A stretch of 63,496 bases of DNA, counting the filler, from Acidimicrobiia bacterium (GTDB lineage Bacteria; Actinomycetota; Acidimicrobiia; Spongiisociales; SHLN01), in NCBI GenBank assembly GCA_041619515.1. It is 3 parts of 3 records of this genome, joined end to end, with 100 filler letters (N's around TTAATTAATTAA, not from the genome) between each part and the next. Parts side by side here need not be neighbours in the genome. Positions count along the whole stretch, not along the records: positions 44,516 to 63,496 come from JBFKDW010000058.1; 2 more parts are not named here. The stretch is one strand, 5' to 3'. Numbering within the stretch: the first letter of the stretch is position 1; every line of letters starts with the position of its first letter. Below are positions 50,752 through 61,692 of the stretch, piece after piece. The position numbers were made by a program, and so were the translations under genes. The notes beneath the pieces were generated by a model, which made no database searches, was not told the origin of the DNA, and saw only the letters and a program-made list of their open reading frames with translations.

Positions 50752-51681
50752 GTGAGAGACGAGTTCATCGGGTTCCCACCCGGCAAGCACTACCTGACGC
50801 TGCCGGCGGGGAATCGGCGGGTGGCAGTCGGGGGTTTGACGCTGTACGACGCCACCTACCTGCATCAGCGCTTCGCCTTGTGGAGTGGACGCGCCCTTCT
50901 CCGCCTCGGGGTCGAGCGGCCATTTCGGCTCCCCTATCGCCCACCGGTTCCGGCGTGGTGGGACCGGTGGATCAGGGAGATCGCCGAGCCTCGGGTCGGC
51001 CCCGTAGCCCAGGCCGCCTTCCGTCTTCCCGGTACGCCCGACTTCGCCCAGCGAGTGACCTCGCTGCTGTTCGATGCCCGGGGCGAGGTCCTCGCGTTCG
51101 CCAAACACCTCGTGCGCGACGAGCCGAGCGACTTCTCGGTAGTTGCCCAGGAGCGGCTGATGGCGACGCCATCGGACGTGTTCCGCATCCCCCGGCTGCT
51201 GGCGCACGGCCGGTTCGAGAACATGGCTTTCTACATGCACGAGCCGCTGCCGCCCGGCCATCACCGCCAGCCGGGGCGCGACCCGGGAGCGATTCACGCA
51301 GTGATCGACGACCTGCAGCTGCGCCTGGCGGGGTTGGCGAGACCGGCGGGCACCCCCGAGAGCCACGTGCCGGTTCATCGCGACCTGGTTGCCATCAACC
51401 TGCGGCTGGCCGCCGACGGCAATCTGTGGCTGCTGGACTGGGACAACGTCGGCTGGGGGCCACCGCTCACCGACGAGCTCTCGTATTGGATGGGTGACAT
51501 CGCCCGGCGATTCGGCCCGACCGGGCCCCGCCGTGTCGAGGAGGTACTGGGGCTGCTCCGCAGCCGCGGCGATGACGCCCAGATCCGACAGGCAGTGGAG
51601 TGGCGGCAGGGGCACAAGCCGCAGGAAGCACTTCCCGCCGAACAGAAGATCCGCGACGGGATTCAGGCGCGGGTCGGCTGA
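50752..51681 (+). CDS. Aminoglycoside phosphotransferase/choline-kinase-like protein
   Basis: FAK lysine, PVHRDLVAINL (Brenner-like), WLLDWD. Confidence 0.72.
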   Translation: MRDEFIGFPPGKHYLTLPAGNRRVAVGGLTLYDATYLHQRFALWSGRALLRLGVERPFRLPYRPPVPAWWDRWIREIAEPRVGPVAQAAFRLPGTPDFAQRVTSLLFDARGEVLAFAKHLVRDEPSDFSVVAQERLMATPSDVFRIPRLLAHGRFENMAFYMHEPLPPGHHRQPGRDPGAIHAVIDDLQLRLAGLARPAGTPESHVPVHRDLVAINLRLAADGNLWLLDWDNVGWGPPLTDELSYWMGDIARRFGPTGPRRVEEVLGLLRSRGDDAQIRQAVEWRQGHKPQEALPAEQKIRDGIQARVG

Positions 51682-51782
51682 GCAGGGTCTGACCGCGGCA
51701 CCCCGGCCATCGGGCCGCTCCCACATCTAGGGTGTATGGCGTGCCCGGGACCACGGGCGCCAACCGTCGAAAGGACCGAGGA

Positions 51783-53324
51783 GTGGCTCACCAGCAGGAT
51801 CTCGAAGGACCGGATCTCACCGAGGAGGGCATCAGCGTCGACCAGGTCGGCGGCGACGTTCCCAGTGTCGGCCATGTCGATGGACGGCCGGTCGTGGTCG
51901 TTCGGACACCGGCGGGCCTACATGCTGTGGGCGGCAAATGCACCCACTACGGCGGCCCGCTGTCGAAGGGCATCTGCGTCGATGGTGAGGTCCGCTGCCC
52001 CTGGCACCACGCCCGGTTCGACCTCGCCACCGGAGAAGCGGTGGGCGCGCCGGCCCTCGACCCGATCCCCGTCTACGACATCGACGTTCGCGATGGCATG
52101 GTCTATGTGACCGGCAAACGGGAGGAGGGCCGGCCCCACGCGGCTCCACCCACCTCACCGGAGTCGGTTGTCATCGTCGGCTCCGGGGCGGCCGGGGCGG
52201 CAGCCGCCGAGACGCTTCGCCGTCATGGCTACGAGGGCCCGATCTCGATGGTCGGCTCTGAGAAGCCGGTCGACCGGCCGAACCTCTCGAAGGACTACCT
52301 GGCCGGCACCGCCCAGGAGGATTGGATACCGCTCAGGTCGGACGACTACTACGCGCAAGCCGGCATCGATCTCATGCAGGAGCATGTTGCGTCCATCGAC
52401 CGGGAGGCCCGCACCGTTCATTTCGAGAGCGGCGGGAGCCTGGCCTACGACTGCCTGCTGCTCGCCACCGGAGCGGAGCCCCGCCAGCTGCCGATACCGG
52501 GGGCCGACCTTCCGCACGTGCACTACCTGCGCACTCTGGCCGACTCCAAGGCCATCATCTCCGCGCTCGACGGAGCCCACCGGGCGGTCATCGTCGGGGC
52601 CGGATTCATCGGCCTGGAAGTAGCCGCATCGCTCCGCCGGCGGGAGATCGAGACGACGGTCGTGGCGCCCGAGGAGATACCACTCGCCGCCCTCGTCGGA
52701 GAAGACCTCGGCAGCTTCGTGCAGAGCATCCACGAGGAGCACGGCGTCGAGTTCCGGCTCGGCAGGGGCGTCGAGCGGATTGGGGCCGACACGGTCACGC
52801 TCGACGACGGGTCGAGCATTTCCGCCGAGCTGGTGGTAGTGGGCATCGGGGTGGTTCCCCGCATCGGGCTGGCCGAGGATGCCGGGCTCGAGACGGACGA
52901 CGGTGTCATCGTCGACGACCACATGCAAACCAGCGACCCCCACATCTGGGCGGCCGGCGACATTGCCCGCTACCCGGGGCCGGGGGGCGATCCGGTTCGA
53001 ATCGAACACTGGGTGCTGGCCGAACGTCAAGGACAGGCTGCGGCCCGCAACATGCTGGGCCATGACGTGGCCTTTTCCGATCCTCCGTTCTTCTGGAGCC
53101 AGCACTACGACATCCCGATCAACGTCACCGGCCAACTGGGCGGCTGGGACGACGCGGTCGTGAGCGGCGACCCGGCCGAGCACGACGTGATGGTGGGCTA
53201 TCGCAAGGCCGGCACAATCAGGGCGGTGGCCTCGATCTATCGTGATCGCGACAACCTGCGGGCCGAGGCCGCGCTGGCAGACGGCGACCAGGCTGCACTC
53301 CGGCACCTCCTGGAACTCGACTGA
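51783..53324 (+). CDS. Rieske 2Fe-2S / FAD-dependent oxidoreductase fusion (ferredoxin reductase/AIF-like)
   Basis: CTHYGGPL...CPWH Rieske ligands; GSGAAG and GAGFIG Rossmann motifs; RPNLSKDYL; PFFWS. Confidence 0.92.
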   Translation: MAHQQDLEGPDLTEEGISVDQVGGDVPSVGHVDGRPVVVVRTPAGLHAVGGKCTHYGGPLSKGICVDGEVRCPWHHARFDLATGEAVGAPALDPIPVYDIDVRDGMVYVTGKREEGRPHAAPPTSPESVVIVGSGAAGAAAAETLRRHGYEGPISMVGSEKPVDRPNLSKDYLAGTAQEDWIPLRSDDYYAQAGIDLMQEHVASIDREARTVHFESGGSLAYDCLLLATGAEPRQLPIPGADLPHVHYLRTLADSKAIISALDGAHRAVIVGAGFIGLEVAASLRRREIETTVVAPEEIPLAALVGEDLGSFVQSIHEEHGVEFRLGRGVERIGADTVTLDDGSSISAELVVVGIGVVPRIGLAEDAGLETDDGVIVDDHMQTSDPHIWAAGDIARYPGPGGDPVRIEHWVLAERQGQAAARNMLGHDVAFSDPPFFWSQHYDIPINVTGQLGGWDDAVVSGDPAEHDVMVGYRKAGTIRAVASIYRDRDNLRAEAALADGDQAALRHLLELD

Positions 53325-53386
53325 GCTCGTCTTCCGAGCCGGGACGACCGGGGTAGACAGAGGTTTCGCGTGTTACCGTCAACGTC

Positions 53387-54274
53387 GTGAGCGCGCTCGA
53401 CCACCAACCCCCGCCGGAAGAAGAGCCACCGGCCACCGAGGCCGAGTTGCGCGCCCGGTTGAAGGCGGTCACCAAGGAGCGCAACCGGCTGCTCGCCCAG
53501 CTCCGGCAGGACGAGCCGCTCCGCCCCTTCCAGATCGAGCTGCTGAAGCTGCAGCACCACCTGGAGGTGGAGAGCATCCCGATGATGGTCCTGTTCGAAG
53601 GGCGGGATGCATCCGGCAAGGGGGGCACGATCCGGCGCATGACACGGTTCATGAACGAGAAACGCTACCGGGTGGTGGCTCTCGGAAAGCCCAGCGTCGT
53701 GCAGAAGACCCAGTGGTATTTCCAGCGGTACGTTCCGCATTTCCCTGCGGGAGGAGAACTGGTGATGTTCGATCGCTCCTGGTACAACCGGGCGCTGGTC
53801 GAACCGGTGCTCGGCTTCTGCACCAAGACCGAATACCGGGATTTCCTCAAAGGGGTGGTCGGATTCGAGAAGGACCTGGTACGCCAGGGAACGGCCCTCG
53901 TCAAGCTCTACTTCAGCGTCGACAAGAAGGTCCAGGCGTCCCGCTTCGAGCGGCGCAAGACCGACCCGCTTCGGCAATGGAAACTGAGTGAGGTCGACAT
54001 CCAGGCCCAGGAGTATTGGGATGACTTCACAACCATGAAGCACCGGATGCTGGAGCGGACCTCGACCCCGCAGGCGCCCTGGACCATCATCCGATCCAAC
54101 AACAAGCCGAAGGCCCGGCTCAACGCCATGAAGGTGATCCTCAACTCGGTGGACTATGCCGACCGGAACTCATCACTCGACTTCACGCCCGACCCGGAGA
54201 TTGTGATCAGCGGCGCCGACGAGCTGGCACGGATGGACAAGGAGCGGGACGAGTTCGGCAGGTCGGGGCACTAG
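53387..54274 (+). CDS. ppk2: Polyphosphate kinase 2
   Basis: FEGRDASGKGG, QWYFQRY, FDRSWYNRA, PLRQWKLS. Confidence 0.95.
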   Translation: MSALDHQPPPEEEPPATEAELRARLKAVTKERNRLLAQLRQDEPLRPFQIELLKLQHHLEVESIPMMVLFEGRDASGKGGTIRRMTRFMNEKRYRVVALGKPSVVQKTQWYFQRYVPHFPAGGELVMFDRSWYNRALVEPVLGFCTKTEYRDFLKGVVGFEKDLVRQGTALVKLYFSVDKKVQASRFERRKTDPLRQWKLSEVDIQAQEYWDDFTTMKHRMLERTSTPQAPWTIIRSNNKPKARLNAMKVILNSVDYADRNSSLDFTPDPEIVISGADELARMDKERDEFGRSGH

Positions 54275-55788
54275 GCCTCGAGATCACCGAGGCCCACCTT
54301 GCGGGCGATTTGCGGGAACGCCTTTGCGAAATCGCGCAGCAGCCCGAAGTCGTACCTGCGGTCGAGGGCGAGGAGGATGGCCAGCCCGGCCGACACGGAA
54401 ACGACCGATCCGAGTGCGAGGCCGGCCACGCCCCCGATGGCTCCGTTGAGCAGCCAGCCGAGCCCGGCTCCGAGGCCGGCAGACAGGAAGATGACTGCCA
54501 CAACCCGCGCCATGCCCTCGAATGGGCGCTTGAGGACTCGCAGCGCAATGATCACGGCGAGAACCCCGATCACCGCCTCGGCGACGAGCCAGGCCCAGGC
54601 GGCCCCGTTCAGGCCGAAGGCGTCGGTCAGCACCAGAGCCAGCCCGATCAAGAGAACGGTGCGGACGGCCGTGAACACGAAGTCGGTGCGGGGCCGGCCC
54701 TGGCCACGCAGCATCGGCTTGAGGGCGTCGGTCAGCAAATCGATGATGCCGTCGACCGCCAGTATCTGGATCACCAGGGTCAGCCCCGCATAGGAGTCGG
54801 GCAGCACCTGGCGGACCAGCGGCCCGGCCAGCACGAACAGCGTGACGTAGATGGGCACCAGCAGCGTGAGCATGGCGGTGAGGGTGGCCTTGAATACCCG
54901 AGAGGTCCGGCTCCTGCTGTCCTGAACTCGCGACAGCACCGGAAAGGCGACGCCCCGCACAACCTCCGACACCAGGTCGTTCGGGAGCACGGTGATCTTC
55001 TGTGCCAGGTAGAAGCGCCCGAGGTCCTCGGAGCCGAGCAGGCGCGAGACCACTGCCCGGAGCCCGAATTGGCCTCCGTTGCGCATGGCGCGCGTGGCAA
55101 ACACCCATTTGCCGAACGAGAAGAGCTCACCGAAGCCCGCCAGCGACAGGCGCGGCCGGTAGGGGGCGAGCCGGTAACTGAGGATCACACCCGACAGCGA
55201 TCCGGCGAACGCTCCGATGACCAGGGCCCACACCCCGAGCGTGGCCGCCAGGCCGATGGCGAACAGCGAGTCGACGAGGAAGGCGGGCAGCACCAGCACC
55301 ACGAAGATGCCGGCGGTCTCGATGAGCGCAGCCGGCACCTTGATGAACGTGAGGGGGCGAAACTTCAGCGTCCGGGTCAGCTCGATGACCTTGGCGCTGG
55401 CGAGCGCGTCCACCAGTGGCCGCAAACCCAGCACCTGAATGACCGCCGTGGCCTCGGGTGCGCCGAACAGCGAGGCGATGGCGGGGGCCGTCAGGGCGAC
55501 GACGGCAGCGATGAGGATGCCCCGCACCACGCCCACCGTCCAGGCGGTGTCATAGTGGTGGTCCTCGGTATCTGAGCGCTGCACGATGGCGTCGTTGATG
55601 CCGACGTCGGTGAGGGCTACCAGCAGCTCTGTGGTCACGGCCCCGATCGCCACCAGGCCCCAATCCTCTGGGGCGAGAATGATGGCGAGCACCAGCAGCC
55701 GGCCGATCGAGAGACCCTTGACGCCGAGCAGCTGAATCGCTTTCCAGATGATGGCCGAGCCGGCCTGCTCGGCAAGGTTGTCGTTCAT
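54271..55788 (-). CDS. Polysaccharide (Wzx/PST family) flippase
   Basis: LAIILAPEDWGLVA...DVGINDAIVQ; VAFPVLSRVQ; many TM helices. Confidence 0.88.
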   Translation of the reverse strand: MNDNLAEQAGSAIIWKAIQLLGVKGLSIGRLLVLAIILAPEDWGLVAIGAVTTELLVALTDVGINDAIVQRSDTEDHHYDTAWTVGVVRGILIAAVVALTAPAIASLFGAPEATAVIQVLGLRPLVDALASAKVIELTRTLKFRPLTFIKVPAALIETAGIFVVLVLPAFLVDSLFAIGLAATLGVWALVIGAFAGSLSGVILSYRLAPYRPRLSLAGFGELFSFGKWVFATRAMRNGGQFGLRAVVSRLLGSEDLGRFYLAQKITVLPNDLVSEVVRGVAFPVLSRVQDSRSRTSRVFKATLTAMLTLLVPIYVTLFVLAGPLVRQVLPDSYAGLTLVIQILAVDGIIDLLTDALKPMLRGQGRPRTDFVFTAVRTVLLIGLALVLTDAFGLNGAAWAWLVAEAVIGVLAVIIALRVLKRPFEGMARVVAVIFLSAGLGAGLGWLLNGAIGGVAGLALGSVVSVSAGLAILLALDRRYDFGLLRDFAKAFPQIARKVGLGDLEA

Positions 55789-55903
55789 CGCCGGCCCTCG
55801 CGGAAGATATTCGAGCACAATACCAACACGACCCCCGGTCGCTGCTGAGGCTCGCCACCCGTCATGGGGCCCGCTTCCCGTCGCGATCTCTAGCCTTGAC
55901 AAG

Positions 55904-57436
55904 ATGAGCGAACACCCGATGATCACCATCGACGGGGGCCCCCTCGCCTTCGACGACGTCATCGCCGTCGCTCGCGGCGGCGCCCGGGTGCGGCTCGACG
56001 CTTCGGTGACGACCCGCATGGAGCCGGCCCGTGAACTCGTCGCCGAGGCGGTGGCCGAGAACCGCACGGTGTACGGGATCACTACCGGCTTCGGTGCGCT
56101 GGCCAGCACGCACATCGACCGGGCCGAAGCGGCGACCATGCAGATTCACCTGCTGCGCAGCCACGCCGCCGGCGTCGGCCCGCCGGTGCCTGAGGAGATC
56201 GTCCGCACCATGCTGCTGCTGCGGGCCCGCACATTGGCGCAGGGCTACTCGGGGGTTCGCCCGGTCGTGGTCGAGCGGGTCCTCGACCTGATCAACCGCG
56301 ACCTGCTTCCCGTGGTGCCGGGGCAGGGATCGGTCGGCGCGTCGGGTGACCTGGCGGCGTTCGCCCACTTGGCGCTTCCCCTTATCGGCGAGGGCGAACT
56401 GCTCGTCGACGGAAAGGCTCGGCCCTCGGCTGAGGTCCTCGCCGAAGCCGGCCTCGAGCCACTCACCCTCGAAGCCAAGGAGGGCCTCAGCCTGCTCAAC
56501 GGGACCGAAGGCATGCTGGCATACGGGGTCATCGGCCTGCATCGGGCCGACCGGCTGGTGGCGGCTGCCGATCTCGCATGCGCGCTCTCGGTCGGCGCAC
56601 TCATGGCGAGCGCTCGCCCGTTCCGGCCCGAGATCCACGCGCTGCGGCCACACCCCGGCCAGGTGGAGTCGGCCGCCACCATCGCCGGGCTCATCGCCGG
56701 CTCGGCCATCGAAGCCAGCCACCACGACGACTTCGTGCACGCCGTGCAGGACGCCTACAGCCTCCGCTGCGCGCCACAGGTCCACGGCGCCACCCGGGAT
56801 GCGCTCGCGTATGCGGCAGAGACGTTCCGGATCGAGCTGGGATCGGTGGTGGACAACCCGATCGTGCTGCCCGAAACCGGCGAGGTGATCTCGGCCGGCA
56901 ACTTCCACGGCCAGCCGCTGGCGCTGGCGCTCGACGTGATGGCCATCGCGATCACCGAGCTCGGCAACATCTCGGAACGGCGAACCGACCGCATGCTCGA
57001 CCCCAATCACTCGTCGGGGCTCCCCCCCTTCCTGTCACCTCGACCCGGGATCAACAGCGGCTACATGCTGGCCCAGTACACGGCCGCCGCCCTCGTTGCC
57101 GAGAACCGGGTGCTCAGCCACCCTGCCTCGGTGGAGTCCATCCCCACGTCGGGAAGCCAGGAGGACCATGTCTCGATGGGGTGGGGAGCAGCCCGCAAAC
57201 TCTGGGAGGTGCTCGTCAACACGCGACGGGTGCTGGCCATCGAGATCCTGTGCGCCGCCCAGGGCCTCGAGTATCGCAAGCCGCTGCTCCCCTCTCCCCG
57301 GGTTCAAGCCGCCGTCGACCACATTCGCCGCACGGTCCCGCCGCTCGAGGACGACCGTGAGATCGCCACCGAGATCGAGCGGGTGGCAGATATGGTGGCC
57401 AGCGGGGAGCTGCTGAGCGCGTCCGGGATGGCCTGA
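55904..57436 (+). CDS. hutH: Histidine ammonia-lyase
   Basis: YGITTGFG, SHAAGVG, GSVGASGDL (MIO), QDAYSLRC, GNFHG, QEDHVSMG. Confidence 0.97.
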   Translation: MSEHPMITIDGGPLAFDDVIAVARGGARVRLDASVTTRMEPARELVAEAVAENRTVYGITTGFGALASTHIDRAEAATMQIHLLRSHAAGVGPPVPEEIVRTMLLLRARTLAQGYSGVRPVVVERVLDLINRDLLPVVPGQGSVGASGDLAAFAHLALPLIGEGELLVDGKARPSAEVLAEAGLEPLTLEAKEGLSLLNGTEGMLAYGVIGLHRADRLVAAADLACALSVGALMASARPFRPEIHALRPHPGQVESAATIAGLIAGSAIEASHHDDFVHAVQDAYSLRCAPQVHGATRDALAYAAETFRIELGSVVDNPIVLPETGEVISAGNFHGQPLALALDVMAIAITELGNISERRTDRMLDPNHSSGLPPFLSPRPGINSGYMLAQYTAAALVAENRVLSHPASVESIPTSGSQEDHVSMGWGAARKLWEVLVNTRRVLAIEILCAAQGLEYRKPLLPSPRVQAAVDHIRRTVPPLEDDREIATEIERVADMVASGELLSASGMA

Positions 57437-57482
57437 GCAGCGCCGGTAGCCTGCGGGTAACGCTCGCAAAGGAGGGACGGCG

Positions 57483-59129
57483 GTGGAACCGATTCACGCG
57501 CCACGCGGGAACGAGCTCAACACCAAGGGATGGCTGCAGGAAGCCGCCCTGCGTTGCCTCATGAACAACCTCGACCCGGCCGTCGCCGAGAATCCCGATG
57601 AGCTGGTGGTCTACGGCGGCCGCGGCAAGGCGGCTCGCGATTGGGCCGCCTACCACGCCATCGTCCGCACGCTCCAGAAGCTCGAGAACGACGAAACCCT
57701 GCTCGTGCAGTCCGGCAAGCCGGTGGGTGTGTTCCAGACCCACGAGATGGCGCCCCGGGTGCTCATCGCCAACAGCCTGCTGGTTCCCGACTGGGCAGAT
57801 TGGGAGACCTTCTGGGAGCTGGAGGCCCAGGGCCTGATGATGTACGGGCAGATGACGGCAGGCTCGTGGATCTACATCGGGACGCAGGGCATCCTGCAAG
57901 GCACCTACCAGACGTTCCTGGCCATCGCCGAGCGCTCGCACCGCGGGAGCCTGCGCAACACGCTGACGCTGACGGCCGGGCTCGGTGGGATGGGAGGGGC
58001 CCAGCCGCTTGCCATCACCATGAACGGTGGGGTGGCGCTGTGCATCGATGTCGACCCGAGCCGAATCGAGCGCCGGCTGGAGACGCGCTACCTGGACGAG
58101 TGGGCCGACGACCTGGAAAGCGCCGTCGGCCGCGCCACGGCCGCCAAGGAATCAGGTGAAGCGGTGTCGATCGGGCTGCTGGGCAACGCCGCCGAGATCT
58201 TCCCCGCCCTGCTGGAGCGGGACGTCGCCATCGACATCGTCACCGACCAGACCTCCGCCCACGATCCGCTCAACGGGTACATCCCGGCCGGGTACGACAT
58301 GGCGGCGGCCTCCGACCTGCGGAGCCGCGACCAGGCGGGCTACATCAAGGCAGCCCGCGAGTCGATGGCCCGCCACTGTGAGGCCATGGTTGGGTTCCAG
58401 GATGCCGGCGCCGAGGTGTTCGACTACGGCAACAATCTGCGAGGCGAGGCGCTGGCAGGTGGATTCACCCGCGCCTTCGACTACCCCGGGTTCGTCCCCG
58501 CCTACATTCGCGACCTCTTCTGCGAGGGCCTCGGCCCCTTCCGCTGGGTGGCGTTGTCCGGCGACCCGGCCGACATCAGGGCCACCGACGAGGCGCTGGT
58601 CGAGCTGTTCCCGCACAACGAGGGCCTGGCCCGGTGGCTGCAGATGGCGCAGGAGCGAGTGGAATTCCAGGGCCTCCCGGCGCGCATCTGCTGGCTCGGC
58701 TACGGCGAGCGGCATCGGGCCGGCCTGGCCTTCAACGACCTCGTCGCCTCCGGCAGGGTGGGCGCTCCGATCGTCATCGGACGCGACCACCTGGATTCGG
58801 GCTCGGTGGCGTCTCCCTATCGGGAGACCGAGGCGATGCTGGACGGATCCGACGCCGTCGCCGACTGGCCGATCCTCAACGCCCTCCTCAACACTGCGTC
58901 GGGGGCGGCCTGGGTTGCCGTGCACCATGGCGGCGGCGTGGGGATCGGCAAGTCGATCCATGCCGGCGCCCAGGTGGTGGCCGACGGAACTGCCGAAGCC
59001 GCCCGGCGCCTCGAGCGGGTGCTCGTCAACGACCCCGGCATGGGGGTCATCCGTCACGCCGACGCCGGATACGAGCGGGCGTTGGAGGTAGCCGGCGAGC
59101 GCGGGGTCCGCATCCCGATGCGGGAGTAG
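57483..59129 (+). CDS. hutU: Urocanate hydratase
   Basis: [54 protein letters not shown]. Confidence 0.98.
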   Translation: MEPIHAPRGNELNTKGWLQEAALRCLMNNLDPAVAENPDELVVYGGRGKAARDWAAYHAIVRTLQKLENDETLLVQSGKPVGVFQTHEMAPRVLIANSLLVPDWADWETFWELEAQGLMMYGQMTAGSWIYIGTQGILQGTYQTFLAIAERSHRGSLRNTLTLTAGLGGMGGAQPLAITMNGGVALCIDVDPSRIERRLETRYLDEWADDLESAVGRATAAKESGEAVSIGLLGNAAEIFPALLERDVAIDIVTDQTSAHDPLNGYIPAGYDMAAASDLRSRDQAGYIKAARESMARHCEAMVGFQDAGAEVFDYGNNLRGEALAGGFTRAFDYPGFVPAYIRDLFCEGLGPFRWVALSGDPADIRATDEALVELFPHNEGLARWLQMAQERVEFQGLPARICWLGYGERHRAGLAFNDLVASGRVGAPIVIGRDHLDSGSVASPYRETEAMLDGSDAVADWPILNALLNTASGAAWVAVHHGGGVGIGKSIHAGAQVVADGTAEAARRLERVLVNDPGMGVIRHADAGYERALEVAGERGVRIPMRE

Positions 59130-59173
59130 AAGACCGTGCTCGCTCACCTCGGTCTCGCTTCCCTCCTGCGTCG

Positions 59174-60385
59174 ATGACCGACCTGCTCATCACCGGGATC
59201 GGCGAGCTCGTCACCAACGATCCAGGCCGCGACGGGCTATTGGGGCTGGTGGCCGACGCGGCCGTAGCCGTCGAGGCAGGCCGGGTGGCCTGGGTCGGAC
59301 CGGAGACGAACCTACCGGGCGAACTTCGTGACCTTCCGGAGCTCGATTGCGCCGGCCGGGCGGTGATCCCCGGCTTCGTCGACTGCCACACCCACCTCGT
59401 GTTCGGAGGCAACCGGGCCGACGAGTTCTCCCGCCGACTGCAGGGTGAGACCTACGAGGAGATCATGGCGGCGGGAGGAGGCATCCAGCGCACCGTGGCC
59501 GCAACCCGGGCGACCGATACCGCGACGCTCGTCGACCTGGCCGTGCGCCGGGCCCGGCGCATGCTGGCTACCGGCACGACGACGGTGGAGGTGAAGTCCG
59601 GATACGGGCTCGACGTCGAGACCGAGCTGCGCATGCTCGAGGTAGCCGCCGCCATCGGCGAGCAGGTGCCGATCGATGTGATCGTGACCTTCCTCGGAGC
59701 CCACGTCGTCCCGGCCGAGTATCGCGATGATCGAGACGCCTACGTGGCTCTCGTCATCGACGACATGCTTCCCGCCGCCGCCCACCGAGCCGCGTTCTGC
59801 GACGTGTTCTGCGACGACGGCGCCTTCACCGTCGCCGAAGCCAGGCGGATACTGGCAGCCGCTTCGGAGCTCGGGATGGGCGCCCGGCTCCACGCCAACC
59901 AGCTCGGCCACACGGGCGGCGCCGCCCTGGCAGCAGAGATCGGGGCCGTTTCCGCCGATCACCTCGATCACCTCACCGACGCCGATGTGGAGGCGCTGCA
60001 CCGGGCAGGGACCGTCGCCGTCGTGTTCCCGTCGGTGTCGCTCACACTCGGCCTGCCGCCGCCACCGGCACGGCGCTTGTGGGACGCCGGGGTACCGGTG
60101 GCCATCGCCACCGACTGCAACCCGGGGACCAGCTACGTCGAGAACATGCAGCTGGTCGTTGCGCTCGCCGCCCTCACCTGCGGACTCACCCCGGAGGAGG
60201 CCGTGTGGGCCGCCACCCGGGGCGGAGCCAGAGCGCTCCGGTTGAACGACGCCGGCTGGATCAAACCGGGGGCGGCCGCCAACCTCGTGATGCTGGAAGC
60301 CGCCGGCTACCTCGAAATCCCCTACCGCCCCGGCACCGACCTGGTGCGAATGGTCGTGAAGAGCGGGGAGCCGGTCGTCGGCTGA
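59174..60385 (+). CDS. hutI: Imidazolonepropionase
   Basis: PGFVDCHTHLVFGGNRADEF, EVKSGYGL, TFLGAH, ATDCNPG. Confidence 0.96.
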   Translation: MTDLLITGIGELVTNDPGRDGLLGLVADAAVAVEAGRVAWVGPETNLPGELRDLPELDCAGRAVIPGFVDCHTHLVFGGNRADEFSRRLQGETYEEIMAAGGGIQRTVAATRATDTATLVDLAVRRARRMLATGTTTVEVKSGYGLDVETELRMLEVAAAIGEQVPIDVIVTFLGAHVVPAEYRDDRDAYVALVIDDMLPAAAHRAAFCDVFCDDGAFTVAEARRILAAASELGMGARLHANQLGHTGGAALAAEIGAVSADHLDHLTDADVEALHRAGTVAVVFPSVSLTLGLPPPPARRLWDAGVPVAIATDCNPGTSYVENMQLVVALAALTCGLTPEEAVWAATRGGARALRLNDAGWIKPGAAANLVMLEAAGYLEIPYRPGTDLVRMVVKSGEPVVG

Positions 60386-60425
60386 ACCGGTCCTTGCGGC
60401 GATGTGATCGCAGCGCCGGCTTCGG

Positions 60426-61073
60426 TCAGGGTGCGGTATCCATCACCGTCACACCGGAGGGCGTCTCGTCCTCATCTATCGGCTCGAGTGTCACCCACAG
60501 GCGGGGAAAGGCTCCGCGGGAAACTCCCACCCACATTTCGACCTCACCCGGACCGGTGAAGGTACCGGCCGACACGTGCAGGTTCTCCTGGCTGAACCAG
60601 AACTCGTACAGCGACCCGGGCGGAGCCGGCGCCAGACCGGTGACGGTGAGGACGACCCTGGTGCCCGACGGCTCATTCCAGCCTTCGACGACCGCGGCTG
60701 CGGCCGGAGCCTCGGCGGTGCCCGGCATCGAGACCCTCCAATCGGATCCCGGGGTCCGAACCAGCGCCCAGACCGCGAGGGAGGCAACCACGACGCCCGC
60801 GGCCGCCATCGCGGCTACGAGTGAGGTCCGCCACTGCTTTCGGCTCGTTGCTGGAGTTTCCGCCGGTGATACCGATCCCGATATGAGTGCGACCACCTGT
60901 TCTTCGAGCTGCGGGGCGGGGTCCTTCCACATTTGGGAATCGGCGAGCAGACGCAAGGCAGCATCGAGTGCAGGACGGTCGGCCTCACAGTCGGAGCACC
61001 CGGCCAGGTGCCGCAGCTCGGATTCCCCGGCGTCGCCCGAAAGATATGCGACTGTGAACTCATCACATCTCAC
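60426..61073 (-). CDS. Zinc-binding anti-sigma factor (RskA-like)
   Basis: HLAGCSDC ZAS motif, TM helix, C-terminal YEFW...VTLEP; GTGA overlap with the sigma gene. Confidence 0.85.
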   Translation of the reverse strand: MRCDEFTVAYLSGDAGESELRHLAGCSDCEADRPALDAALRLLADSQMWKDPAPQLEEQVVALISGSVSPAETPATSRKQWRTSLVAAMAAAGVVVASLAVWALVRTPGSDWRVSMPGTAEAPAAAAVVEGWNEPSGTRVVLTVTGLAPAPPGSLYEFWFSQENLHVSAGTFTGPGEVEMWVGVSRGAFPRLWVTLEPIDEDETPSGVTVMDTAP

Positions 61074-61621
61074 GCCGTCGCCTCCTCGAGGTGGGCCAGC
61101 AGCTGCGCAAGCCGGCGATGTGCTCGATGAGAGCGGGATTTGACCGTCCCGACGGCCAGGCCGAGCCGCTTGGCAGTTTCCTCCTGGGTCAGGCCGAGGA
61201 AGTGGGTGGCCTCGATCACATCCCGCTGGGCTTCTGGCATCTCTTGGAGCGCCCGCCGTATCTCCCATGCCTGCCAGGTGGTTTCGAATGAGGCGGGAAG
61301 CACCGCGATGTCGGCCTCGAGTGGTTCACTCCCGAGATGGCGCCTCTCCCTCCGGTACAGATCGACCGCCACCCGCCGGGCGATGGCGTACAGCCAGGGG
61401 CCGAGGCTGCGCTCGATGTCGAAGCGATCGGCCGCCCGCCAAGCCTGGAGGAACGTGAGCTGAACGGCCTCTTCAGCCAACCCCCGGTCGCGCAAAGCCG
61501 AATACGCCGTCGTAAACACCGCTCGCCCGTAGGCGTGGTACAGCCGGCGTACGGCTTCCGGGTCGCCGGCGGCGAACTTCCGGAGCACCGTGCCACTGAC
61601 ACCGCGCTCTATGTCACTCAT
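61070..61621 (-). CDS. ECF sigma factor (SigK-like)
   Basis: AEEAVQLTFLQAWRAADRFD...WLYAIARR; GLTQEETA...GTVKSR. Confidence 0.92.
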   Translation of the reverse strand: MSDIERGVSGTVLRKFAAGDPEAVRRLYHAYGRAVFTTAYSALRDRGLAEEAVQLTFLQAWRAADRFDIERSLGPWLYAIARRVAVDLYRRERRHLGSEPLEADIAVLPASFETTWQAWEIRRALQEMPEAQRDVIEATHFLGLTQEETAKRLGLAVGTVKSRSHRAHRRLAQLLAHLEEATA

Positions 61622-61692
61622 GTTTCCACACCGTAACCAGTGCCACCCGGACTCGCATGCACAAACGCGGCCGCGCGCTGGGGCTCCACTCG

